Of a stretch of 64,000 bases of DNA, positions 28,367 through 39,044 are shown piece by piece. Position 1 is the first letter of the stretch. Each line of letters starts with the position of its first letter. The notes beneath the pieces were generated by a model. That model did not search any database, was not told the origin of the DNA, and saw only the letters and a program-made list of their open reading frames with translations. The position numbers and the translations under genes were made by a program. The stretch spans positions 27,711 through 91,710 of IMG/VR virus record IMGVR_UViG_3300036766_000686; one strand, given 5' to 3'. Source of the DNA: a virus.

Positions 28367-29208
28367 CCGTACCTCACGATCGAGGACGAATAGGACAAGC
28401 TGTTACGGTCAACGACGTCTTGCCTCAAAGTTTTTTGGTCAGAGGTTTTCGTTGAGGTGACTCCCTGAAAAATCAACGAACGAGGCTTGACCGCAGTAGT
28501 GCGCAAGGATTCCACGGAGTGTAACGTCACCACCTCTCCCTCGCTCAATAGCAACTTGTCGGGGTGTTGCTTGCGAACGAGGTCGCCAAGCATCGGGTTC
28601 CCATATTCGAAATAGGCTAAATACTCGAAATAGTCTCCTTGCTTTGCGCGATGGTAACGAGTCTGAGGCAAGGGCTCGGATTTCAGTTCGAACTTGGTAT
28701 AAGCGCGAAGGGTGATCGTAGAGTTCCACCCGCGGATCCCACCCGCTCTTTCCTTCGGCGGATCGTAATACTGAACATCCCCGAGGGACATTACCGCCGA
28801 TCGCATTGACACCTCTCCGTCACCGAGCGTAAAAGCGACAAGAGGCGGGCGTAAAAGTTTAGGATCGCGCTTCGACCAGTTTTTCAAAACCTTTAGAATT
28901 TTAGCAGGCGTTTCGTCCTTGTCGTCCGTAGCGAAAAAATAGGCATTGAAAGTAAGTTGGTCCCCGCTCCCGTGAACGTATTGCAGAATAGGCTCCCCGC
29001 GATTAAGCGAAGTATGCTCCGCGTAGACCGACACGCCGGGCTGTTCCTTGAGGTCCGAAGGACCAAACTGCCCCTTGACCTTTTCTTTCGTGTCGAGATT
29101 AGATAGTTCCCAGCGGTGAATACGCTTTGTAAAAAGCGAGGAGAGCAAAGGACCGAAAGCGCCAGCCGCAACCCTTGCAACGTTTCCCGCTATACCTTCG
29201 CCTGCCAT
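28363..29208 (-). CDS. Tail tube initiator with LysM-like domain
   Basis: PILQYVHG..LTF, RPPLVAF, YHRAKQGDYFEYLAYFEYGNP. Confidence 0.75.
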   Translation of the reverse strand: MAGEGIAGNVARVAAGAFGPLLSSLFTKRIHRWELSNLDTKEKVKGQFGPSDLKEQPGVSVYAEHTSLNRGEPILQYVHGSGDQLTFNAYFFATDDKDETPAKILKVLKNWSKRDPKLLRPPLVAFTLGDGEVSMRSAVMSLGDVQYYDPPKERAGGIRGWNSTITLRAYTKFELKSEPLPQTRYHRAKQGDYFEYLAYFEYGNPMLGDLVRKQHPDKLLLSEGEVVTLHSVESLRTTAVKPRSLIFQGVTSTKTSDQKTLRQDVVDRNSLSYSSSIVRYG

Positions 29209-29216
29209 CGTGTCAC

Positions 29217-31535
29217 CTATGAGAAATTAACCCACGCCGTTACCCCATGCTCGACCGCGAGCCGACGTTGCCACGGGGTCGTCTCAAATCCGGATCTGAC
29301 CTTGATTTCTTCCTGATGCTTGGCATTGGCTCGCGCTACTTCACGCCCGTCCACGTTGACGTTGGTGGGTTTACCTGCGGCTTTATTCGCCGCATTTGCC
29401 GCCGCTTCCGCTGATTTCGCCGCAGCCGCAGAGGACCGAGAGCTATCCGCTGTAAGCGCGCCTAACTCTTTCAACGTTTCCAAGAAATTTTCCCCGGCCT
29501 TGGTCTCCTTTTCTGAAACAACCGCTCCGCGTGCCGCAACCTGCTCTGCGAGCCCGCGAGCCCCCGGAGCCTTGGCTATCGGCGCTTTGTTTTCAAGCAT
29601 CCCCGGGAGAAACCCCTTGGACATTGAACGGACAAGAGCGGGAACCATTGCTCCTTTGCCCGCCATATCGAATAGCGCGATTACCCCTGCCATGAATAAT
29701 CGAATAGGGGCTGTAATAACGTCCGAGATCGTTGCGAATATCCACTTCAAACCAGTAGCGAGCATACCGAACGCGTCAAGGATAGACTTTGCTGCCATGA
29801 TCCCATAGGTGCCTAACTCAATAACCCCAGTGACCAAAGTTGAAATCATCGCCCCAATGAACATTCCAACATTTTTCCAAGTCTCTGTGGACTCTTCCGC
29901 CGATCCCCCGAACGCGGCAGACAACGCGGCTCCGCAAGCGACAATGGTATTAAGGATATCATCGAACACGTACCCCACAACCGCCCCGAGCCCTTCGAAT
30001 ACCGCCCACAGTTGATCCTTGAAAATGAGCACCACAGCAACCAGCGCCCACATAGGCCAGGTCATTCCCGCAATCACTGCGCCTATCCCTGAGATTATTG
30101 TCCAGAGCCCGGTGAATAGACCGAATAAACCCGATACCAAAAATCCCACCACTCCGAGTGACACGATCACAGGAAGAAGTGCGGCAGCGGCAAGCCCGAT
30201 TACCACCCCGAACTTCACTATATTTCCAATCGCGTCGGAGCCGAAAGTTTCCACAATCCAAGACTTCGCGCGGGACATAGATTCTATAAACCCGAGAACC
30301 ATGCCACGCACCGTTTCGAAAGCCCCAGAAATTCCTATCGCCACAGCCTGTGAGGTCTCGTTTAGCTCACCGAAATCCCCCGACTTGACGGCCATCATTA
30401 TCTTTACCATTTCCGCGGCTACGCCCCCCAGCGGTTCGGCAATTTTCATTAAGTTTTCCCCCAACACCTGTCCAAATAAAATTTCAATGCCCTCCTTCTG
30501 CGCCACAAGCTGTCTCATCTTAAAAGCCATCGTCCCCGCCATTTTCATAAACGCTTCCTCAGCCGCTCCAGACCGTTCCTTCATCCCCTCCAACATGTAA
30601 TTGAACATCTCACCACTATTTGTAGTAATTGCCATGATTGCTCGCAAGGCGCGAGTGGAGCCGAATAATGCCGCAGAGGCCGCCTCGTTCCCGTACACCT
30701 TCGGGATTATCTCGCCCAAAAAACCCGCGAGCCCTTTCGACTTCAAAGCGGTCACAGAAAAATCCACCCCTAGTTTCTTCGCCGTATCGCTGGCTTCCTT
30801 TGTCGGGTTAAGCACGTTGGACAAGGCGGCGTTAAGTCCCGTTGTTGCCATCGTGGTGTCAACGCCTTGCATAGTGCAAGTGGCCAAACCCGCCGCCAGT
30901 TGCTCGAACGGGACCCTTAGTTGCGAAGCTACCGGGATGACCTTGCCCAGATTCGAGGCCAATTCGGGCATCGTGGTCTTGCCTAGTTTAACCGCTGTAA
31001 ACATTACGTCATTGGCGTCGGCAGCGGTAAGGTTCATCCCTTTATAGGCGTTGAGCGCAGTGGTCAACACGTCAACCGCCGAAAAGGTATCCGTGAGCCC
31101 TGCGACCGCCAGTTTATTCGCGTTAATCAAAAGCCCAACCGCCGAGCTTGCCGTAATGTTTCCCGCCGATATCGCTTGGTATAACCCCTTGGCCTGCTCA
31201 GCGGCAGTGGTTCCGAAAGCCTCTGAGAGCTTTAACGCGGACGTCTCTATGGTCTTAATTGAAAACGCGGTGGGATCTGCGATGGTGCGTACCTCCGTTA
31301 CTGCGGTCTCGAACCCTCGCGCCGCTTCCATCGAGCGATACATGCCGTAAGTGAGCGGAGCGGCAGCTACGGACAATTTCATCAATGATCCGCCCACCGT
31401 GCCGATCCCTCGCGAAATCCTTTCTGCCCCGCCCCGCATTGACTCCATAGCCGCTTGCGTCCGAGCCATTGATTCCAACGCTTGTCGAGAATCGAATTGG
31501 AAAATAGCTTTAAGAAAAAATGATTCCGTCGCCAT
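29217..31535 (-). CDS. Tape measure protein (TP901-type)
   Basis: Ala/Gly-rich helical protein, AVKLGKTTMPELA, hydrophobic segments, VNVDGREVA. Confidence 0.92.
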   Translation of the reverse strand: MATESFFLKAIFQFDSRQALESMARTQAAMESMRGGAERISRGIGTVGGSLMKLSVAAAPLTYGMYRSMEAARGFETAVTEVRTIADPTAFSIKTIETSALKLSEAFGTTAAEQAKGLYQAISAGNITASSAVGLLINANKLAVAGLTDTFSAVDVLTTALNAYKGMNLTAADANDVMFTAVKLGKTTMPELASNLGKVIPVASQLRVPFEQLAAGLATCTMQGVDTTMATTGLNAALSNVLNPTKEASDTAKKLGVDFSVTALKSKGLAGFLGEIIPKVYGNEAASAALFGSTRALRAIMAITTNSGEMFNYMLEGMKERSGAAEEAFMKMAGTMAFKMRQLVAQKEGIEILFGQVLGENLMKIAEPLGGVAAEMVKIMMAVKSGDFGELNETSQAVAIGISGAFETVRGMVLGFIESMSRAKSWIVETFGSDAIGNIVKFGVVIGLAAAALLPVIVSLGVVGFLVSGLFGLFTGLWTIISGIGAVIAGMTWPMWALVAVVLIFKDQLWAVFEGLGAVVGYVFDDILNTIVACGAALSAAFGGSAEESTETWKNVGMFIGAMISTLVTGVIELGTYGIMAAKSILDAFGMLATGLKWIFATISDVITAPIRLFMAGVIALFDMAGKGAMVPALVRSMSKGFLPGMLENKAPIAKAPGARGLAEQVAARGAVVSEKETKAGENFLETLKELGALTADSSRSSAAAAKSAEAAANAANKAAGKPTNVNVDGREVARANAKHQEEIKVRSGFETTPWQRRLAVEHGVTAWVNFS

Positions 31536-31768
31536 CAGCGGAGCCTTCCTCGATTAGATTTTTTAAGAAGCGGCGCCCACTTACCTTCTTCCTTTTGCAA
31601 AGTTTGGTTGAGTCTCGACAAATACTCCTGACGCTCCTCTCGTGTCATTTCCAAAGCGTCTCCCCATGTCACTCCGTTCCCGTAATAGGTGATTGAAAAT
31701 AATTCATCATAAATTGCCTTTACGTCCGAGACGGGGAAGAAACTGCGAAAAAACTTTGATAGTTCCAA
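31535..31768 (-). CDS. Tail assembly chaperone C-terminal part (T-like), reached by -1 frameshift
   Basis: In the -1 frame of the upstream chaperone, overlapping a T TTT TTC slippery site; abuts the tape measure gene. Confidence 0.75.
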   Translation of the reverse strand: MELSKFFRSFFPVSDVKAIYDELFSITYYGNGVTWGDALEMTREERQEYLSRLNQTLQKEEGKWAPLLKKSNRGRLR

Positions 31769-32583
31769 TCAACTGTTCGCAGTACCAACGCCCTACACTG
31801 AGGTGTAGGACACTTGGCTTCAATGCGCATATCGGGACCGATCAAGTGTTGATCAAATTGTCCTACTATGCCCTCAAGGTCCCGCTTGGAAAGTTCGTCA
31901 ATTTCGTTATCCGCAAGAGGTATCTCCCCGAGTTCCGCCGCGCCCCGTATCGCTCCGCATATCACCGCAAGCTTCCCCGATTCGAAATCCCAACGGCTCT
32001 CAGGGCGAGAAGTCTCCGCACGATGCCACGCCGGTTGACACAGCCACAACGTTTCCACCCGCTTTCCTCGAATCTCCATAGGGTTGATCAACTTATACTC
32101 CCAGTAGGAGTCCTCAAGTTTGTCCACTACTGAAATCGTGAGCGACCCCAAGTCCCCAACCCAATCAAAACTTCTTCCGCAGACTGGGCAATCCAAGGTC
32201 ATCGGAAGTTCCGCTCCGATAGCCGAATAGCGAAGCCAGCAGTAGGCATGGAACACGTCACCCGCCGCCATTTGACTTACCACGAGCCTCCGCTCCTTGT
32301 CGGACATGCGGGTAAAGTCATGCGGGCCGATACGGGTACACATTGTAGCGAGGACATGGCCCACATATTCTGCCATGTTCGCCGTTTTCAAGTTCTCCCT
32401 CAGCCTGCCCAACTCCCGCTCTTGTTTCGCTTTCCACTCTCGAACCTCAAGCGACTTGTTGAGCGCTCCCCCCGGCTCCACGATTCCTAACGCAAGCAAC
32501 GGTCCCCGCTCAGCAAGGGAGACAACTGTTTTATTTCTGAGCCCTTCCGAAGGCTCTTTTTTCTTAGCTACGAACTCCTTCAC
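31720..32583 (-). CDS. Tail assembly chaperone (G-like)
   Basis: Between tube and tape measure genes; CPVC and CPTPQC motifs. Confidence 0.75.
   Translation of the reverse strand: MKEFVAKKKEPSEGLRNKTVVSLAERGPLLALGIVEPGGALNKSLEVREWKAKQERELGRLRENLKTANMAEYVGHVLATMCTRIGPHDFTRMSDKERRLVVSQMAAGDVFHAYCWLRYSAIGAELPMTLDCPVCGRSFDWVGDLGSLTISVVDKLEDSYWEYKLINPMEIRGKRVETLWLCQPAWHRAETSRPESRWDFESGKLAVICGAIRGAAELGEIPLADNEIDELSKRDLEGIVGQFDQHLIGPDMRIEAKCPTPQCRALVLRTVDWNYQSFFAVSSPSRT
31747..31753 (-). promoter_or_regulatory. Programmed -1 ribosomal frameshift heptamer T TTT TTC
   Basis: AGT TTT TTC in frame 0 becomes AAG TTT TTT CGC in frame -1; canonical G/GT location. Confidence 0.75.
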
Positions 32584-32654
32584 AGCGCACCTCCAATCGG
32601 CTCACACGTCGAGCCTTGAGAAGCCCCGCTGGTTGGGGCAATTAGTTACTCGGT

Positions 32655-33095
32655 TTAGACGGGAGTGACCTCGTCCGCTTGAAACTTGTAGGTCAACTCG
32701 GCCATTTCGCCTTCGTTTTTCATGTCCCCTCCGGGGATAGTGCGACCCGAAATCCAGAGATTGAGCAACGAAAATGTCCTGACCCCGCCGTCCCCTCGGT
32801 AGAAAATCATCGTTGCCGCTTTTTTGTACCCCGGTTGCACAGGGTCCTGACCTTGCTTGTACCAGAGTTCCATTGCGGCAATTTCAACGTCGTGGTGCAT
32901 CGGGAGTTTTCCCGAGAAGTTGACCGGCTTGGTCTGTCCCCCGCTCCTCACGGTGCGGTCGGGAAGGGTAACGGCTTCTAGTTCTTCTTCGATATCGTCG
33001 AAGGAGATCAGGGTGATCTTGGGCATTCCCAAAACCAAGAGGTCGAACTTGTTAAGCGGAATGTGATTTTCTTTTATGAGCCCTTTAATGGTCAT
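32655..33095 (-). CDS. Tail tube protein (T4 gp19/contractile type)
   Basis: 146 aa after sheath; ELWYKQ..YKKAATM..NLWI..GDMKNEGE. Confidence 0.8.
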   Translation of the reverse strand: MTIKGLIKENHIPLNKFDLLVLGMPKITLISFDDIEEELEAVTLPDRTVRSGGQTKPVNFSGKLPMHHDVEIAAMELWYKQGQDPVQPGYKKAATMIFYRGDGGVRTFSLLNLWISGRTIPGGDMKNEGEMAELTYKFQADEVTPV

Positions 33096-33148
33096 TGAGA
33101 TTCCTCCTTACGGCCAGTGCTTCCTAAAAGCCTGTTGCCTTACTCGAT

Positions 33149-33601
33149 TTATCGCACCGCAAGCGTGGCGGTCTGCCTGGTCCGCGCCGACACTGTAACG
33201 TTGGCCGCACCTGTCGCCACCGCCGAAAGCGCAATAGTCACCACATCGTTTTCGGCCAGTGCGTCCGTCAATGCCGTTTCCGCCACCGTGCCGTCGGCAT
33301 CGTCGTGGGCAACGCTGACCGAGCCCTTTTCCACGCCATTGACGTAAACCTTCGCCGTCGTTGTACCAGCCGTTCCGCAGATGCCGACGGCCATGCGCAG
33401 GTCGGTCAACACGCCCGCCTGCTCAACAACGGCGCCCACGAGCGTTACTGCAGTAGGCGAAGCCACGAAAGCGGTAATCAACTCGCGTACCGCGTTGATT
33501 GCATTTACGATCGCCACGAGGACGTCGTAAAGCGTGTCCTTGCCCGCCATCTTGTCGAGCCCGCCGCCCGCCTCGCCCATATACTGTTCCAAATATTTCA
33601 T
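33149..33601 (-). CDS. Small virion structural protein
   Basis: Ala/Val/Thr-rich beta protein between sheath and tube. Confidence 0.55.
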   Translation of the reverse strand: MKYLEQYMGEAGGGLDKMAGKDTLYDVLVAIVNAINAVRELITAFVASPTAVTLVGAVVEQAGVLTDLRMAVGICGTAGTTTAKVYVNGVEKGSVSVAHDDADGTVAETALTDALAENDVVTIALSAVATGAANVTVSARTRQTATLAVR

Positions 33602-33634
33602 TTCCTTTTCCTCCTATACGAGTGACCCGCGCGA

Positions 33635-35959
33635 TTACGGTGCCACGGATTCGAAAATTCCTGCCTTTGAGATATTGAATACCATTCGCTCCACGACTCC
33701 CACGAGCCGCAAAGTTATTTTCATTATCATGTCCCCCGCGTCTTTCGTTTCTGGGGTGTTGATTTCAAGGTCACACTTCAAGACGCAAGCGTCCTCGAAT
33801 TTATAGTCCCTATCTAGCGCACCCTTGCGGTACTCGGCTTTGAAAAACTGCCGCACGGCTTGAAGCGTCATTTCCCGCGCCGAGGCGTCGTTGAGCGAGA
33901 AAATGATCCAATCAAAACTCTCCGCGAGGACCTGTTCGTAGTAGCTCATGGTTTCGCGTTGGTGCTTCCACTTCCACGTCGTGTCGGCGGCGGGGATGCG
34001 ATCCCCCCAGATAACAAAGTTGCCTTGTTTGACCCGAATCACGGGGATGCCGCGCGGGTTCAAAAGCTCCTCGTTGAGTATTCGATTGCCCGTGGTCAAC
34101 TTGATCACGGAGGGCAGAATCGCATCAATGCCCGCTTCCGCTCGATGGTATCCTTCGTTGTCCTCGGCCATCCGCGCCTCGCGCCCATGAATTTCACCCG
34201 TTCGCGTGGTCAGCTTTAACTTGTTTTCTCCCACGCTCTCGGGGTCGGTCACGTAAGCGTAGGAAGGAAAGGTCACGGCCATATAGTTCGACCGCCCGAT
34301 CGTGTCGTTGACGTATGCGTCCGCGCCTTCATCCGAAGTTGTCCCCGAAGGAATCTCGATTCGGTACTGGTGGTTTTTCGCGTAGGAGTAAGCCACGCCC
34401 GCCTTCTGTACCGCGGTCGAAGTAACCCCGGGGGTTGCAAACTTTACGAGCCCCAAATTCTTGCCCGCTATGCGATTAAACAACGAGGTGCTGGGCTCCC
34501 ACGCCTTGAGGTAATCTGCGTCCGCAACGTCCGCGTTCCCGTCTCGTCCCCCCTCAAACTCCTGAGCCACAGTCACCATGAACTGGTCCCCGTCCCCGCC
34601 GCTTGTCGTGAGGTCGGAGCCGTCTGCCACGGTGATCGTCTTGTGGTCGTTGTCGGTAATGCGGTAGCACTCGCGCTTGGCGTTAACTTTGTCGGGGTAC
34701 AAGTACCCGCCGATCAACGCATCCGCAACAAACGGCTTAAAGTTAATCACAAGGGTATCCGCTGCGGAAAGCGCCGATACCCCCGCTGTAATGGTGAACG
34801 TCGGAGCCCACTTGTTTTTCAACGCGCCGCCCGTTGCTGCCGTGGGGTTGAAGGCTGACCCAAGTGTAACCGTGCCTAAAGCTCCATACCTGTCCGAGAC
34901 CACCGCGCCAGAGGTCGGGCTGGACATCGTGATCGTGATTTTCTGCGCCAACATTGTATCACTCGTTGACCCGAGGGCGCAGGTCGGATTGCCTCCTCCC
35001 GCCGAATTAATCGTGAAGTCGTGAATCAGGGAGGTCAGGACAGTTTTCGTCGGCGCTTCACTCGTGATCCCGTAAATGTTCGCGGGGCGAACGTTCGCAA
35101 CGATCTCCCCCGCGAACGACATGGTGGCGGTCACTTCATAATTCGATTCGTCGTTGTTAATGAGATTGACCCAGTAACGGGATGACGTGGAATCAAGCGA
35201 CAGGTTCGGATAAGGGTTCACCAATGCGCCATCCACGTAAATGAACAGCCCGAATTCGGTATCAGGGTTTTCCTCGCCATCGCGTATCTCGACACTTAGC
35301 GCCTTCCCACTATTTTCGCGTACCAGATAGTAGCGAAGGTCAGCAGGAGTGCCCGCTTGCAAGTCGGCTTTCAACGTGGCGTCCGATGACACGGTGATCA
35401 CCCCCGCTGCCGTGTTGCCTACGATCAGGTATTGCTTGGTGGGAGTAGCGGTGCCCGAGAGTTGAACGTACCCACCCGCCCACTCGTCCTTTTTGAAAGA
35501 GGTCGTGTCCTCGGTGTCGAGTGTGGTCGCCGTGAGCTTGCCAATAGCCGACAGGTCTTTGGAATACCTTTTGAGCTTACCGCCCCACCTTCCGCCGTTT
35601 TTCGCGGACAGCGTGCCCACGAGCGTCAACAACGATCCCCTCCGCGCGTACAAGTTGAAACTTGCCTTGACCTCGTTGCCATCGGTCAAGCGCAACGCAA
35701 CGACCCCTCCTGCGCCTCCCGCGACCTTCAAGGAGTCGTAGATAGCGTCCGGGCACAGGGAATCCGAAATGTAACTGCCGATCCTTCTGAGCGCTTGATC
35801 TTTCGAAGCGATAAAAATTAATTCGTCGGTGGGTCCCTTTTCCAAGAGCCCCGCATAACCGCGCCATCCGAGAGCCCCCGGAACGATAGGATTTCCTCCT
35901 GTCTGTTCAACGATTCGAGTGCCTGCCGCACGGGTGGGTCCGAAAACTCGTTGTGCCAT
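33635..35959 (-). CDS. Tail sheath protein
   Basis: GLLEKGP, FEGGRDG, LNPRGIPVIR..VIWGDR, WIIFSLND. Confidence 0.92.
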   Translation of the reverse strand: MAQRVFGPTRAAGTRIVEQTGGNPIVPGALGWRGYAGLLEKGPTDELIFIASKDQALRRIGSYISDSLCPDAIYDSLKVAGGAGGVVALRLTDGNEVKASFNLYARRGSLLTLVGTLSAKNGGRWGGKLKRYSKDLSAIGKLTATTLDTEDTTSFKKDEWAGGYVQLSGTATPTKQYLIVGNTAAGVITVSSDATLKADLQAGTPADLRYYLVRENSGKALSVEIRDGEENPDTEFGLFIYVDGALVNPYPNLSLDSTSSRYWVNLINNDESNYEVTATMSFAGEIVANVRPANIYGITSEAPTKTVLTSLIHDFTINSAGGGNPTCALGSTSDTMLAQKITITMSSPTSGAVVSDRYGALGTVTLGSAFNPTAATGGALKNKWAPTFTITAGVSALSAADTLVINFKPFVADALIGGYLYPDKVNAKRECYRITDNDHKTITVADGSDLTTSGGDGDQFMVTVAQEFEGGRDGNADVADADYLKAWEPSTSLFNRIAGKNLGLVKFATPGVTSTAVQKAGVAYSYAKNHQYRIEIPSGTTSDEGADAYVNDTIGRSNYMAVTFPSYAYVTDPESVGENKLKLTTRTGEIHGREARMAEDNEGYHRAEAGIDAILPSVIKLTTGNRILNEELLNPRGIPVIRVKQGNFVIWGDRIPAADTTWKWKHQRETMSYYEQVLAESFDWIIFSLNDASAREMTLQAVRQFFKAEYRKGALDRDYKFEDACVLKCDLEINTPETKDAGDMIMKITLRLVGVVERMVFNISKAGIFESVAP

Positions 35960-35985
35960 GTTTGATCTCCTTATCAGTGCCCGGG

Positions 35986-37356
35986 TCAGGTTGCCAAGGC
36001 GTATGTTACCGCGACCCGTTTAACCAACTTATCGTTCGATACATCACCGCCCCAAACCCTGAAATGTTCGACACGGACGGTCCTTGTCCAGTTGTGCAGG
36101 TCTTCGGCGTTCGGAGTGGGCCTGTAATCATAATCCGCTACCAGCCTCAGTGTATACCGTTCATCCAGTCCTGTCGATATTAGCTCAGGATTGCGGGCGA
36201 GAAAACGGTTGAACGCGTCGGATAAACGGAAGTGATCTGTGAGCTTATCCGCTATCCCGCGAAGTGACAAATCCAGCGGGCCTTGCTGGGGGCGCGAGAC
36301 AACAAAAGCATCCCCCGAACTTCGATTGCCGACCGATTCTTCACCAGCCAGCCCCAGCCCCCGAAAATTAACACGCTCGATTACCACGGACGGCACGTGC
36401 TCCAACTCGTAATAATCCCTCCCCGTGAGCACTATCACCTCAGGCTCTATCAAGAGACGAAGCCACAACACCTTCCCCGCTGCCATAGCCTCACTCAACA
36501 CGACAGAATCCACCGTACCGTCGAGACGGGGATTGGTGCTGGTGCGGGTCGTGTGCGAGTAGTAAAGGGAGCGCAAGTGATCAGGATCGTCCGTGTGATT
36601 GAACACCCCGTCCACGTCAATAACCCGGTACTCCGTCTCCAATCGAAAATCGTTGTCGCTTGTCGCGTTGCCAAGCACGAGGTTCAACGAGGAAGCGGGT
36701 GAAGCCAAGAGGACGGGAAACTCCGCTACGCTTTGTAACCCTTCACGCAACGCGGGAAGAAATGAGCGAACAACCATGTCCTCAATTTCCGAGTCCATCA
36801 CCGCCCCGTACACAACTCGCACTTCCTCAAGCTCAGGGGTAACAGAGTCCTCGTTGGTAACGAGATTAACCACGACCTGCAACGCCTTACCCTCAACAGG
36901 GAAGCGGGAAATGCCAACATTGACCTCGCTCTCCGTGTTCCACTGTCCAGTTCCGGCGACTTCCCACGCCACGCCGTTCCAGAAATAGTCGGTTGTGCCA
37001 TCCGAAAGCCTGAACCCGGCTGAGGTAACTGTGGCTCCGTTCACGACCTTGTGATCAATCACAGCCTCAAACGCTACCCACTCCCGCACAGCTTGAGGAC
37101 GCGCAACATGGCTCCGCACAAAGTACCCCGCCCCCGTGGGGTAAGTCGGGGAGTTCCACGTTCCCAACTGCGCCTTATTTGTCGCGGGGTTGATGCGTGT
37201 ATTCTCTCCCAACGTCACCCGAGAGCGATCCCCCTCTTGCCAAGTAAAGTGCTTAACGAAATGCCGAAGCGAAAAACCCACCCTTCCCACCAGCGAACGT
37301 GTTACCGAATCGCTTGAGGTCAACGCATCGGATTGGCTTTTCTCGTATAGCGACAC
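35986..37356 (-). CDS. Neck/tail-completion-type structural protein
   Basis: Position immediately before sheath; no diagnostic motif. Confidence 0.5.
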   Translation of the reverse strand: MSLYEKSQSDALTSSDSVTRSLVGRVGFSLRHFVKHFTWQEGDRSRVTLGENTRINPATNKAQLGTWNSPTYPTGAGYFVRSHVARPQAVREWVAFEAVIDHKVVNGATVTSAGFRLSDGTTDYFWNGVAWEVAGTGQWNTESEVNVGISRFPVEGKALQVVVNLVTNEDSVTPELEEVRVVYGAVMDSEIEDMVVRSFLPALREGLQSVAEFPVLLASPASSLNLVLGNATSDNDFRLETEYRVIDVDGVFNHTDDPDHLRSLYYSHTTRTSTNPRLDGTVDSVVLSEAMAAGKVLWLRLLIEPEVIVLTGRDYYELEHVPSVVIERVNFRGLGLAGEESVGNRSSGDAFVVSRPQQGPLDLSLRGIADKLTDHFRLSDAFNRFLARNPELISTGLDERYTLRLVADYDYRPTPNAEDLHNWTRTVRVEHFRVWGGDVSNDKLVKRVAVTYALAT

Positions 37357-37369
37357 ACCGCCTTACCCT

Positions 37370-38101
37370 TTACTCGATATATTCATCAAAAGTTGACGCG
37401 GAGCCGGACGTCCTGCGCCATGTGGGTATAGTTCGTAAGCGTGACCGACCCGCTCCCGAAGTATCGACCTCAGCGGTCGTCACCTTCGTCCCGCCCATGT
37501 AGTAGACCCCAGCGGTTATTTTTAACTTAAGCCCAGAAGGCTCACTCAACGCGGAACCCGTCGCCCACTCAAACCCGCGATAGGTCAGCCGGTCAACTTC
37601 GGAGCGAATAAAGTTGGGAAGCGTCTCCCCTGCGGTCAGTACCTCGACGCTTGACCCCGACTTGAAAATTTGTCCGAGAACAAACTGGTCGGTGAGGCGA
37701 ACGGACTCGGGGTTCGTTGTCGATAGGTAGCGAGGCGTCCCGCTGTTATAGTCAACGTAAATCCAGTTGGTGGAGTTGTCGGTCAAACTAGCCGAGGCGA
37801 TATTGCCCGCCCCAAGGTCGAAAAACTTACTCGCCGCAAGTACCGAGTTAGATACTTTAATCAACCCCTTGAGGGCGCTAATATTAACGCCTCCCGATCC
37901 ATCGCTTGATAGCTGCCCTCCATCAACTCGACCGCTCGACCAGAGATTGAGCATGTCCACGATCGTCTTGTAGGTCGGGGTGCCTACTTGGCTCGCGGAC
38001 AACTCTATGTCCGAAAACTTAGGTGTTCCCCCCGTTACGCTTTGAGGCGGCGATTGATTGAGCTTGAGGCAATCGCCTCGCGTGATTTCAACGACTATCA
38101 A
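37370..38101 (-). CDS. Putative virion fibre-like protein (possibly truncated)
   Basis: Ser/Gly/Thr-rich beta protein; NWIYVDYNSGTP, LKITAGVYY. Confidence 0.45.
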   Translation of the reverse strand: MIVVEITRGDCLKLNQSPPQSVTGGTPKFSDIELSASQVGTPTYKTIVDMLNLWSSGRVDGGQLSSDGSGGVNISALKGLIKVSNSVLAASKFFDLGAGNIASASLTDNSTNWIYVDYNSGTPRYLSTTNPESVRLTDQFVLGQIFKSGSSVEVLTAGETLPNFIRSEVDRLTYRGFEWATGSALSEPSGLKLKITAGVYYMGGTKVTTAEVDTSGAGRSRLRTIPTWRRTSGSASTFDEYIE

Positions 38102-38271
38102 CGATTAACCCTCGGGAAAATGTTGCGACACTGGGGGTTGGAACACTCCAACGCCTCGCCCGTTTCTACGGGAAAGGCGTCGCTTCCGCATTTCGGGCAC
38201 TTGTCGCGTGGAACGCTTCGGATCAATTCGACCTTGACGTGTTCCCCGACTTTCAAATTGTCCGAAATCAT
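38098..38271 (-). CDS. 57-aa zinc-ribbon protein (below ORF-track cutoff)
   Basis: MISDNLK..KCPKCGSD..LECSNPQC; ATGA and TTGA overlaps with both neighbours. Confidence 0.6.
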   Translation of the reverse strand: MISDNLKVGEHVKVELIRSVPRDKCPKCGSDAFPVETGEALECSNPQCRNIFPRVNR

Positions 38272-39002
38272 CGCGTTCCTCCTTGGTTTTTGACTTGAAA
38301 GATACGTTGCCGAGCTAACTCGTATAAATCACGCCATTTCACCCCAAGTTTTTCGTTTGCTATTTTGAAGAGAATATCGCTCTCGATTTTATGCTGTAAT
38401 GAGTGACATTGACGGCAAAGACGCTCAAGGTTATCTGGTTCGTTATTGCGGATATCGTGATCTTTATGCCCGACGTCTTGCCCAAACGCGCCACAAATAA
38501 CGCAAGGCCCATGTTTGACACTTCGTCTGGCACGAGCGCGTAGAGCGACCTCGGATAAAATCGCTGGGTCCTTCCTGCGTGCGAAACAAGGCCTTGTTAA
38601 TTTTGCTTCGCTTATTCCCCGAGGCGCTAAACCCAGTCTTAGTATTGCCTGATAAACGCTCTGGGGGGTAGCACCCACGATCCTAGCTATCTCGGAATAG
38701 TTCAACCCTTCGACTTCGTATTTTCGTACCATCCATTCTTTATTATTTATTGTGGCAAGGAACTTCTTGCGCGGACGGGGAACCCTTGACCCATGAAGCA
38801 CCCCCCGTCTCCACATAAGTTGGATTACTTCTGTTTGTCCCTTTACTTGGAAACCATGTTTTCGAAGTTGCCTTAATACCGCACTGTTATCGCAACCAAT
38901 CAGTCTTGCAATATCAGAAGCGGTATTATCAGCTTCGGCATACATGCGCTGTAACCATTCTTTACTGTAAATAGTCTCTTCAAATTTCTTGCTGTAAGGC
39001 AT
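38268..39002 (-). CDS. Free-standing HNH endonuclease with two HTH repeats
   Basis: KEWL..Y..IARLIG repeated twice; CVICG..HKDHDIRNNEPDNLERLCRQCH. Confidence 0.88.
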   Translation of the reverse strand: MPYSKKFEETIYSKEWLQRMYAEADNTASDIARLIGCDNSAVLRQLRKHGFQVKGQTEVIQLMWRRGVLHGSRVPRPRKKFLATINNKEWMVRKYEVEGLNYSEIARIVGATPQSVYQAILRLGLAPRGISEAKLTRPCFARRKDPAILSEVALRARARRSVKHGPCVICGAFGQDVGHKDHDIRNNEPDNLERLCRQCHSLQHKIESDILFKIANEKLGVKWRDLYELARQRIFQVKNQGGTR

Positions 39003-39044
39003 GCTTACAGCATAAAATCGAATCGAGAAAAAGTAAAGTTTATG

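Noticed and set aside
23250-35959. Tail cluster as a stand-alone eCIS/tailocin
   Set aside because: It is linked to terminase, portal, capsid and replication genes, so it belongs to a complete phage.
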